In this document: in pieces, positions 55,784-64,000 of the stretch
How positions within the stretch are numbered: position 1 is the first letter of the stretch
Layout: every line of letters starts with the position of its first letter
Position numbers and translations under genes: made by a program
From: a virus
Virus record (IMG/VR): IMGVR_UViG_3300021376_000030
Span: 20,920-84,919 of that record
Length of the DNA stretch: 64,000 nt
Direction: 5' to 3' (one strand)
The notes under the pieces: model-generated
The model's input: only the letters and a program-made list of their open reading frames with translations
Databases searched by the model: none
What the model was told of the DNA's origin: nothing

Positions 55784-58474
55784 GTGAGCTTACAGACAGT
55801 TACATTTAATGACAGAATTTCGTTCGCGTTACTTGTAGATAGTAAAAAAGAAAATGTTATCTATTGCAAATCAGTTACCGAACATTTTTTTAACGTAGGG
55901 CTTTTTAGCACAGATAATAGTGATTTACTTTTAGAGTATTATGAAGAAAATGGTGAAAAATTTACTAAAGTAAATGTACAGTTAGGAGATACTCTTTATA
56001 AAGAAGTGGAATTTAAAATCGTTGTTTCTGATAGCAATATTAGTTCTACATTTAATCCATCTTATACTAAACCTATAAAAAATAAAATATTACCTAAAAT
56101 TGTAGAGGAAAAATTACCAGTAGAGGTTTTAGAGAGAGAGATAATTGAAGAGCCAGCTCCTCTGCCACCAATAGAATATCCCAAGGTATACAGACCACTT
56201 AAAGTAGGTGAACTATATGATGTAGCGATAAACAGCTCTGTTCCCATGACATTAATGGAGAGCGATGAAGTAGAAAATATCTTTTTTTGTAGCTCATTCG
56301 AAGATAAACTTTTTAATGTAGGTATTTTTAAAACCGCTGATGCAGAACTTATAAGCGAGTATTCAGTTGAGCAAAACGACAAATATATCTATGTTGATCT
56401 ACTATTTGAAAATGGTGATCTATATCACAAGATACAATTTAAAATTATTGTAGTTGAAAATGAAGATACTCCTATATCAATGTTTAATTTAAAAACCTTA
56501 GATAATGAAACAAAAACATATGTAAAATTTACAGGTACCCCATACATTCCGGCAGACATTACAGAAGAGGAAAAGACTGTAGATTCAATAATAACAGAAG
56601 ATACAGAATTAATAGAAAAAAAACAACAATACGCTAAGGCAATACAAAAGGCGCGGTTATTAGAAACACAATTAAAAGAGCAACAAAAAATATTATACCA
56701 AAAACAAGAAGAACTTCAAAAGCAGTCAGTTGTTATAGAAGCTGCAACCGAAGTAGAAAAATTAATATGGGAAAATATACAGTTAAAGCTAGAAACATTC
56801 AAAAGAGACTTTTCTACAGAGTTCAAAAAGAATTCTAAAAAGAGTTTAGATGAATACATAGTAGAGAAGCTTAAGCAAGATTTTGAAAAGACTACCGAAA
56901 TAGATGAAAAAATTGCTCAATTAGTCGAGCAAGCAGAAAATACTAATAAAATCAGAGATGGTATAAAAAAATATGTAGATAAAGCAGTTGAAGTGGCGTT
57001 AAGAGAGGCAAAAAAATTTGCAGCAAGCATAGGTGGTGGTGGCGGGTCAGTAGCTGTTCAATATGCTAACGGCGGCACAATGAACGGTGATTTAACAGTC
57101 AACGGAGAGTTACAAGTAAACGGGTCATTTAATATATGTGGAGATTTATTACCTTGCACCACAGATATATATAGTTTAGGTTCTCCAACAAAACGATGGA
57201 AAGATTTATATGTGAGCGACAGCTCTATTTATCTAGGTAATGTTACACTGTCAGCTGTTGGTAATACGCTTATTATACCAGAAGATACTCTTTTTATAGG
57301 CAATGCTGTACAAGACGGTGATTTGAATGTCACAACAAGCATTTTATCTGCAGGGGTAGATCTACTAGATGTGTTTGGCTCTAACACCTATATTCAATAT
57401 CTTTCTTGGGCACCATTAACATATGATTTATCTATAACTGGTGGCAATACTGTTTCACTTTTATCTATTAAAAATGATTATCAAGCCTATACACAAAATT
57501 ATACAAAAACTAATTTTCTTCCTTTAACTGGGGGAGTCATTACCGGTAATCTATCAGTAAACAACAATTTGACAGTATTCGGCAATTTGACCGCGTTAGG
57601 AGATGCTTATTTTGTTAATACGGTATTTTCCACTACAAGTGCTCTTTCAGTTATTAATATTGGTCAAGGCCCTGCACTGTACGTATACCAAGCAGCGGGA
57701 CCCCACCCTGTAGCATCATTTGTAGACGGGGATGGTATTGAGGTATTACATGTTGGAAATGCACAACCTGGCAGTGGCGGTAAAATTGGTATTAATACAA
57801 GTAATCCAATAACAGAACTAACAGTAAGTGGGTCTATAAGTGCAAACGGCTCGATAACAGTTGCCAATGGAAATAGCAATAATTGGAATTCTGTATACAC
57901 TTCGGTAGAAAATAATTCCAGCAACTGGAATAGTGTATACACCTCATCTTCTCAAAATAGTGGAAGCTGGAATAGCGTTTATACTTCATGGAATACAACG
58001 AGCAGCATTTATGTAACAACTCACTTCCTTTCAACAAATAATGTACTTTTAAGTGCGGTTACAGTAACGGATGATATTAATGTAGGTGGTACAGGTTATT
58101 TTAGCCATATAGCTGCCGCAACGAAATCATTTTATATTATACATCCCGAAGATACAAACAAACACCTACAATACGGCTCACTTGAGTCACCTTATCACGG
58201 TGTTCGCCTTACAGGAAAGGCGGTCATAGGTATAGAATGTTGTATTGAACTTCCACCCTATATTAAAAGTTTAGTAAAATTAGAAGGAGTAAACGTACAA
58301 ATTACCAACATTAATCATACCCAGCAGCTATATGTGAAGAATATAGATATCGACAAAAACTGCGTGGTTATAGGCAGAAAACACAACATTTTGAATAAAA
58401 ACAAGTTATACGAATTCTTTTGGTCATTTACCGCTATTAGAAAAGATATTCCTGACCTAAAAACGGAAGTATAA
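55784..58474 (+). CDS. large structural/fibre protein
   Basis: Duplicated N-terminal domain, coiled coil, GGGGGS hinge, LGSPTKRWKDLY, TTSALSVIN..GPALYV module and C-terminal TKSF.I.HP...LQYGSLESPYHG domain. Confidence 0.8.
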   Translation: MSLQTVTFNDRISFALLVDSKKENVIYCKSVTEHFFNVGLFSTDNSDLLLEYYEENGEKFTKVNVQLGDTLYKEVEFKIVVSDSNISSTFNPSYTKPIKNKILPKIVEEKLPVEVLEREIIEEPAPLPPIEYPKVYRPLKVGELYDVAINSSVPMTLMESDEVENIFFCSSFEDKLFNVGIFKTADAELISEYSVEQNDKYIYVDLLFENGDLYHKIQFKIIVVENEDTPISMFNLKTLDNETKTYVKFTGTPYIPADITEEEKTVDSIITEDTELIEKKQQYAKAIQKARLLETQLKEQQKILYQKQEELQKQSVVIEAATEVEKLIWENIQLKLETFKRDFSTEFKKNSKKSLDEYIVEKLKQDFEKTTEIDEKIAQLVEQAENTNKIRDGIKKYVDKAVEVALREAKKFAASIGGGGGSVAVQYANGGTMNGDLTVNGELQVNGSFNICGDLLPCTTDIYSLGSPTKRWKDLYVSDSSIYLGNVTLSAVGNTLIIPEDTLFIGNAVQDGDLNVTTSILSAGVDLLDVFGSNTYIQYLSWAPLTYDLSITGGNTVSLLSIKNDYQAYTQNYTKTNFLPLTGGVITGNLSVNNNLTVFGNLTALGDAYFVNTVFSTTSALSVINIGQGPALYVYQAAGPHPVASFVDGDGIEVLHVGNAQPGSGGKIGINTSNPITELTVSGSISANGSITVANGNSNNWNSVYTSVENNSSNWNSVYTSSSQNSGSWNSVYTSWNTTSSIYVTTHFLSTNNVLLSAVTVTDDINVGGTGYFSHIAAATKSFYIIHPEDTNKHLQYGSLESPYHGVRLTGKAVIGIECCIELPPYIKSLVKLEGVNVQITNINHTQQLYVKNIDIDKNCVVIGRKHNILNKNKLYEFFWSFTAIRKDIPDLKTEV

Positions 58475-58487
58475 TCATAAATAAATA

Positions 58488-61400
58488 GTGAGTCAGAACA
58501 TACTTATAACTCCTGGCAAGGGATCTATATTTTTTGATAAAAGTGTTGCTGGTGCCTCGACAAAAACTAATACTGGGTCTGCAATAGAAATCTTATACGA
58601 TAGTAATGGGGGATTAGGATTTCATACTCCGATTTATCCAACTGCAACCGTTTTCGTTAGTGCAGGAAATGTTATAGCTACAAACTCTTTAAGTGCAAAA
58701 ATAATTTATTCTAATTATCCAGGTCTTGCACCAGATTATCCCGGTCAAAATAGTAATTACTGGGGGTCAGTTTACACAACAACTAATGCAGAATCTGCTT
58801 CCTGGGGTTCTGGTGGAAGTGCAAGCACGGTATTAGCAGCTAACAGTGCTAATTGGGATAGTACTTATTCCTCGGTAAAAACTAACTCAGCTAATTGGGA
58901 TTCAACATATACATCTTCCAAGAATAATAGTGCCAATTGGGATTCAACCTACACCTCGGCTTCACAAAATAGCGCTAATTGGGACTCTACATATACTTCA
59001 GTAACCAACAACTCAGCTAACTGGGATAGTGTATACACATCTTCCAAGAATAATAGTGCTAACTGGGATAGTGTTTATACATCTTCTAAAAATAATAGTG
59101 CCAATTGGGATAGTGTCTATACATCTTCTAAGAATAATAGTGCCAATTGGGATAGTGTATACACATCTTCCAAGAATAATAGTGCCAATTGGGATTCAAC
59201 CTACACCTCGGCTTCACAAAATAGCGCTAATTGGGACTCTACATATACTTCAGTAACCAACAACTCAGCTGATTGGGATTCAACCTACACCTCATCTTCA
59301 CAAAATAGCGCCAATTGGGATTCAACATATACATCTTCTAAGAATAATAGTGCCAATTGGGATAGTGTCTATACATCTTCTAAGAATAATAGCGCTAACT
59401 GGGATAGTGTCTATACATCTTCCAAGAATAATAGTGCCAATTGGGATAGTGTATACACATCTTCCAAGAATAATAGTGCCAATTGGGATAGTGTATACAC
59501 ATCTTCCAAGAATAATAGTGCCAATTGGGACTCTACATATACTTCAGTAACCAACAACTCAGCTAACTGGGATAGTGTCTATACATCTTCCAAAAATAAC
59601 TCAGCTAATTGGGATAGTGTTTATACATCTTCCAAGAATAATAGTGCTAATTGGGATTCAACATATACATCTTCCAAAAATAACTCAGCTAACTGGAATA
59701 GTGTATATACATCTTCCAAAAATAACTCAGCTAATTGGGACTCTGTTTATACATCTTCCATTAATAACTCAGCTAATTGGGACTCTGTTTATACATCTTC
59801 CATTAATAACTCAGCTAATTGGGATTCAACATATACATCTTCCAAGAATAATAGTGCCAATTGGGACTCTGTTTACACATCTTCTAAGAATAATAGTGCC
59901 AATTGGGACTCTGTTTACACATCCTCCAAGAATAATAGTGCCAGTTGGGATAGTGTATATACAAGCTCTTCACAGACAAGCAGTAGCTGGAATTCAGTAT
60001 ATACTCAAATGCAATATAGTAGCGCGGCATGGTTAGATGAGTTTGAGGCTAATACCTTATATTTTAAAGTTTCCGGTGGTACTATTTACGGTGATGTTAA
60101 TATTCAACACGATTTAGTGGTTGGTAATAATTTATTTGTAACAGGAAGTGCCACCTTTGCAAGCACTATTTTTACGTCTACAAGCGCTTTGTCCGTTATT
60201 AATACTGGTCAAGGGCCTGCACTATTTGTTAAGCAGGGTCCAGGCCCGGGCGATATAGCCTCTTTTTATGATGCAGATGGTATAGAAGCTCTTCATATTG
60301 GAGATGCAAAATATACGCTAGGTCAAGATCCTGATGGTGTTATCGGTATTAAAACCTCATTCCCTAACAAAACATTATCTGTTGTAGGAGAAATTAGTGC
60401 AACCGGTAGTATCTACACTACTGGTAAATTCTTATCATCAGTGCCCCCGGGCGGTGTTAATGGTTCAAGCACTGATTTATGGGATTTATTCTTCGATAAA
60501 ATAACAGGTAATGATATATATACAAATGTTTATATAAACTCTGCTTCCTGGGGTTCTGGTGGAAGTGCAAGCACGGTATTAGCAACTAATAGTGCTAATT
60601 GGGATAGTACTTATTCCTCAGTAAAAACTAACTCAGCTAATTGGGATAGTACATACACTTCAGTAAAAAATAATTCAGCTAATTGGGATAGTGTATATAC
60701 ATCTTCTAAGAATAACAGCGCCAATTGGGATTCAACATATACCTCTACCAAAAATAATAGCGCTAACTGGGATAGTGTTTATACATCTTCTAAAAATAAT
60801 AGTGCCAATTGGGACTCTACATATACTTCAGTAACCAACAACTCAGCTAACTGGGATAGTGTATATACATCTTCTAAGAATAATAGTGCCAATTGGGACT
60901 CTGTTTATACATCTTCCAAGAATAATAGTGCCAATTGGGACTCTGTTTATACATCTTCCAAGAATAACTCAGCTAACTGGAATAGTGTATATACATCTTC
61001 CAAAAATAACTCAGCTAATTGGGACTCTGTTTATACATCTTCCAAAAATAACTCAGCTAATTGGGATTCCACTTATACTAGTTCTTCTCAAAATAGTGCT
61101 AATTGGGATTCCACTTATACTAGTTCTTCTCAAAATAGTGCTAATTGGGATTCCACTTATACTAGTTCTTCTCAAAATAGTGCTAATTGGGATTCTACTT
61201 ATACTAGTTCTTCTCAAAATAGTGCTAATTGGGACTCTGTTTATACATCTTCCAAAAATAACTCAGCTAATTGGGATTCCACTTATACTAGTTCTTCTCA
61301 AAATAGTGCTAATTGGGATTCAGTATACACATCTTCCAAAAATAACTCAGCTAATTGGGATTCCACTTATACTAGTTCTTCTCAAAATAGTGCTAATTGG

Positions 61401-62318
61401 GATAGCGTATATAGTTCTAGCAAAACAAATAGTGCCAACTGGAATTCAGTATATACTAGTTCTTCACAAAATAGCGCCAACTGGAATAGTACGTATACTT
61501 CAGTAACCAATAATTCAGCTAATTGGGATAGTACGTATACTTCAGTAACCAACAACTCAGCTGATTGGGATAGTGTTTATACATCGTCTTCACAAAATAG
61601 CGCCAACTGGGATAGTGTATACACTTCAATGTACCAAAATAGCTCAGGTTGGCTAGATCAAGACGAGGCTAGTGCAATATTCTTAAAGGTATCAGGTGGT
61701 ATTATTGCAATTGATCCTGCAGACCCGAACAATGGCGACGGCGGTACACTGACTGTCAATAAAGGATTGAGCGCTGCTGTTAGCAGTGGTAACTTTGTAG
61801 TTAAACCTAACTTTAATTTAGGTAATAACTCTTTAATATTTGCTGACGGTGCTAACGAGAGGGTTGGTATTCGTACAAATACACCATATTATACCCTGCA
61901 TGTTAATGGTGATATAAGTGGTACAACTGGCTATTATAATCATATTGCAGCCGAAACCAAGTCATTCTATATTAAGCATCCATCTAAACCTGGTATGCAT
62001 TTGCAATATGGGTCTCTAGAGTCACCCTATCATGGAATTCGTTTGACTGGAAGCGGTATTATAGAAAACGATAGCGTAGTGATTGAATTACCCAATTATG
62101 TACCTCATTTAGTTAGAACAGATGATTTTAATGTACAGCTAACAGGTTATAAACATAGTAAAAAACTATGGGTTGATAGTATAAATGTATCTCAAGATCC
62201 ATATGCAAGTAATTTTGTAGTAAAAAAACACTTTACTTTATTTAAAAAACCATACAAGTTTTTCTGGTCATTTAGTGCTATAAGAAAAGATATTCCTCCG
62301 TTGCAAGTGGAGGTATAA
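58488..62318 (+). CDS. long fibre protein with NSANWDSxYTSxxN repeats
   Basis: Two arrays of 14-aa repeats; same GPALFV module and C-terminal TKSF..HP..LESPYHG domain as the upstream gene. Confidence 0.85.
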   Translation: MSQNILITPGKGSIFFDKSVAGASTKTNTGSAIEILYDSNGGLGFHTPIYPTATVFVSAGNVIATNSLSAKIIYSNYPGLAPDYPGQNSNYWGSVYTTTNAESASWGSGGSASTVLAANSANWDSTYSSVKTNSANWDSTYTSSKNNSANWDSTYTSASQNSANWDSTYTSVTNNSANWDSVYTSSKNNSANWDSVYTSSKNNSANWDSVYTSSKNNSANWDSVYTSSKNNSANWDSTYTSASQNSANWDSTYTSVTNNSADWDSTYTSSSQNSANWDSTYTSSKNNSANWDSVYTSSKNNSANWDSVYTSSKNNSANWDSVYTSSKNNSANWDSVYTSSKNNSANWDSTYTSVTNNSANWDSVYTSSKNNSANWDSVYTSSKNNSANWDSTYTSSKNNSANWNSVYTSSKNNSANWDSVYTSSINNSANWDSVYTSSINNSANWDSTYTSSKNNSANWDSVYTSSKNNSANWDSVYTSSKNNSASWDSVYTSSSQTSSSWNSVYTQMQYSSAAWLDEFEANTLYFKVSGGTIYGDVNIQHDLVVGNNLFVTGSATFASTIFTSTSALSVINTGQGPALFVKQGPGPGDIASFYDADGIEALHIGDAKYTLGQDPDGVIGIKTSFPNKTLSVVGEISATGSIYTTGKFLSSVPPGGVNGSSTDLWDLFFDKITGNDIYTNVYINSASWGSGGSASTVLATNSANWDSTYSSVKTNSANWDSTYTSVKNNSANWDSVYTSSKNNSANWDSTYTSTKNNSANWDSVYTSSKNNSANWDSTYTSVTNNSANWDSVYTSSKNNSANWDSVYTSSKNNSANWDSVYTSSKNNSANWNSVYTSSKNNSANWDSVYTSSKNNSANWDSTYTSSSQNSANWDSTYTSSSQNSANWDSTYTSSSQNSANWDSTYTSSSQNSANWDSVYTSSKNNSANWDSTYTSSSQNSANWDSVYTSSKNNSANWDSTYTSSSQNSANWDSVYSSSKTNSANWNSVYTSSSQNSANWNSTYTSVTNNSANWDSTYTSVTNNSADWDSVYTSSSQNSANWDSVYTSMYQNSSGWLDQDEASAIFLKVSGGIIAIDPADPNNGDGGTLTVNKGLSAAVSSGNFVVKPNFNLGNNSLIFADGANERVGIRTNTPYYTLHVNGDISGTTGYYNHIAAETKSFYIKHPSKPGMHLQYGSLESPYHGIRLTGSGIIENDSVVIELPNYVPHLVRTDDFNVQLTGYKHSKKLWVDSINVSQDPYASNFVVKKHFTLFKKPYKFFWSFSAIRKDIPPLQVEV
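58842..60005 (+). repeat. 42-nt coding tandem repeat, array 1 (~28 units)
   Basis: Unit approximately AATAGTGCCAATTGGGATAGTGTATACACATCTTCCAAGAAT. Confidence 0.95.
60588..61640 (+). repeat. 42-nt coding tandem repeat, array 2 (~25 units)
   Basis: Same unit; preceded by a near-exact copy of the segment that precedes array 1. Confidence 0.95.
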
Positions 62319-63023
62319 ATGGCTATTAATATAAATTCGACTGTATTAAGCAACGGTCTAATTGGGTATTATGATGTTCTTAATATAAAAAGTATAGGGC
62401 CAAATTTTAATAACAATTTAAGATGGAAAGATTTGCTTTCTTTATCAGATAATAGTACAGATTTGGTTGGTTCAGTAAGTTTTGGTGCTACTGCTCCTCA
62501 GTTAAGTTTTACACGGGGCGATAATACAATTATAAAAAGTATCGAAACTACATCAACATCAAGTCTTGCTAGCTATTTAAAAACATCTTATACAACCAAT
62601 AAGACTATACGTACAATTTCTTTTTGGATTAAAAAAAATAATACTGCAGGCACAGAAGGGTCAAATCCATACTTTTTTGACTCAAATTCAAATATTGCTG
62701 ACACATATATTAATAGCAACGGTTATGGACCAGGTTTAGATGGTACTGATAGTTATTATAATGGCATTTGGATAGGAAATAATGACTTTTTTGCCCAGGA
62801 ATTATTATTTTCCGGGCCTTTAGTTAATACATGGAAAAACGTAACACTAGTATTTCCTATACCGTTGACAATAAGCTACTGGACATTATTTGCTAATGTG
62901 AACGGAACTAATACAACAGGTATGAGCTATAATGTAGCTCAAGTTTTAGCGTTTAATACAGCTTTATCCATAGACGATATTGCGACCAATTATTTTGCAT
63001 TTAAGGGAAGATACGGTATATAA
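62319..63023 (+). CDS. LamG/concanavalin-A-like lectin domain protein
   Basis: NGLIGYYD, WKDL, TISFWIK, WKNVT and FNTALS..DI..NY...KGRYGI. Confidence 0.8.
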   Translation: MAININSTVLSNGLIGYYDVLNIKSIGPNFNNNLRWKDLLSLSDNSTDLVGSVSFGATAPQLSFTRGDNTIIKSIETTSTSSLASYLKTSYTTNKTIRTISFWIKKNNTAGTEGSNPYFFDSNSNIADTYINSNGYGPGLDGTDSYYNGIWIGNNDFFAQELLFSGPLVNTWKNVTLVFPIPLTISYWTLFANVNGTNTTGMSYNVAQVLAFNTALSIDDIATNYFAFKGRYGI

Positions 63024-63043
63024 TTTAAATATATTATAATTAA

Positions 63044-64000
63044 ATGAATACATTAATTACACCAGGGTCTGGAAATATATCATTTAGTAGGCTAGTCTCT
63101 AAAGGTAGTGATTATTTACCGCCTCTTTCTAGTTCTGCTCGAATATCTTATACTAAAGATGGTGGGTTAACTATCGTTAGTACTGCTTCAAGTTCAGAAC
63201 GCTTTAATGTAGAAGGTAATTACGGCAATCTTTTAACTATTAATGATATTGTTTCAGGTACACTTTTTTCTGTTAATGATATTTCAGGATTTACGCTATT
63301 AACAGTTTCAGATACCGGGTCTCTTAGTACTAATAGTGTAATATTTGCATCTGGCGGTTATAGTGATCAATGGAATGTTGCCTATACCAACTTAGTAACA
63401 AATAGCGCTAATTATCTTTCCGGGGCAAGTTTAAACTTTGTAAATACCAATTTTGTTCATATTTCTGGTGATACAATGACTGGCCCTCTCAGTACACCAG
63501 TACTAAGCGCAATAGACATTTATGTAGACGGAAAATATCTTATTACCTCTCGCGGTGGATCAAATCTATTCATGGGTAATAGCGGTATTGATGCATTTAA
63601 AACAAGCGGGGTAAGCAATATAGCTATTGGGTTAAGTGCTGGTCATAATATTACTACTGGTAATAACAATTTTTTTGGTGGAAGTTGCGCCGGTAGAATT
63701 AACACCACAGGCAGTAGCAACAATTTCTTGGGATACAATGCTGGCTTTTTCAACACCACAGGCGGTAACAACAATTTCTTTGGGAGAGAAGCTGGCCGTT
63801 GCAACACCACAGGTAACTACAACAATTTCTTGGGATATGGAGCTGGCCGTCGCAACACCACAGGCAGTAACAACAATTTCTTTGGAACAGCAGCTGGCCT
63901 TTGCAACACCACAGGCAGTAACAACAATTTCTTGGGATACAATGCTGGCCTTTGCAACACTGCAGGCGGTTTCAACAATTTCTTGGGCTTCCAGGCTGGT
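63044..64000 (+). CDS. tail fibre protein (partial, runs off the window)
   Basis: MNTLITPGSGNISF (cf. 58488 MSQNILITPGKG), LFSVNDISG, SGDTMTG and NNFLGYNAG repeats. Confidence 0.8.
   Translation, partial: MNTLITPGSGNISFSRLVSKGSDYLPPLSSSARISYTKDGGLTIVSTASSSERFNVEGNYGNLLTINDIVSGTLFSVNDISGFTLLTVSDTGSLSTNSVIFASGGYSDQWNVAYTNLVTNSANYLSGASLNFVNTNFVHISGDTMTGPLSTPVLSAIDIYVDGKYLITSRGGSNLFMGNSGIDAFKTSGVSNIAIGLSAGHNITTGNNNFFGGSCAGRINTTGSSNNFLGYNAGFFNTTGGNNNFFGREAGRCNTTGNYNNFLGYGAGRRNTTGSNNNFFGTAAGLCNTTGSNNNFLGYNAGLCNTAGGFNNFLGFQAG
63660..64000 (+). repeat. 51-nt (17-aa) coding tandem repeat NNFLGxxAGxxNTTGxN
   Basis: CAATTTCTT recurs every 51 nt (63721, 63772, 63823...). Confidence 0.9.

Noticed and set aside
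4376-57942. Numerous short antisense or nested ORFs in the track (e.g. 7509, 17782, 39698, 44167, 52767)
   Set aside because: They are shadows of well-supported genes on the opposite strand or frame and have no motifs.
59029-61506. Alternative-frame ORFs (IHLPRIIVPIG repeats)
   Set aside because: They are by-products of the stop-free repeat in another frame.
58842-61640. CRISPR-like appearance of the 42-nt repeats
   Set aside because: There are no unique spacers, the units are contiguous and in frame with synonymous variation, and no cas operon is present.
63660-64000. DGR template/variable repeat (AAC-rich)
   Set aside because: The repeats are tandem and coding, differences are not adenine-restricted, and there is no reverse transcriptase in the window.
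1-64000. Stop-codon reassignment
   Set aside because: Conserved genes (portal, nrdAB, queF, guaC) are intact in code 11, TAA/TAG/TGA all end genes, and no suppressor tRNA is seen.

Overview
This 64 kb AT-rich window is part of a large T4-like (myovirus or jumbo-type) phage genome. Recognisable T4-type core genes are portal gp20, tail terminator gp15, clamp-loader gp62, a gp5-like baseplate hub, a GroES-like co-chaperonin, class Ia nrdAB and dCMP deaminase. It also carries five tRNAs, a phage bS21 and many tail/fibre genes. Two accessory modules stand out. The first is a 7-deazaguanine DNA-modification operon (DpdA3-like TGT, PurN-like formyltransferase, GMP reductase, Nmad-like protein, kinase, QueF). 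The second is a ~15 kb, roughly mirror-symmetric glycosyltransferase/amidinotransferase/amidotransferase/radical-SAM cluster centred on two divergent genes that share one CATG. Other oddities visible in the sequence are near-leaderless promoter-ATG spacing throughout, an AUU-start gp15 whose SD lies in a hairpin with a late promoter in the loop, a UAU tRNA with a long variable arm beside a Leu-UAA tRNA with a short one, and long 42-nt repeat arrays in a fibre gene. All product calls come from motif recognition by eye; no searches were run.
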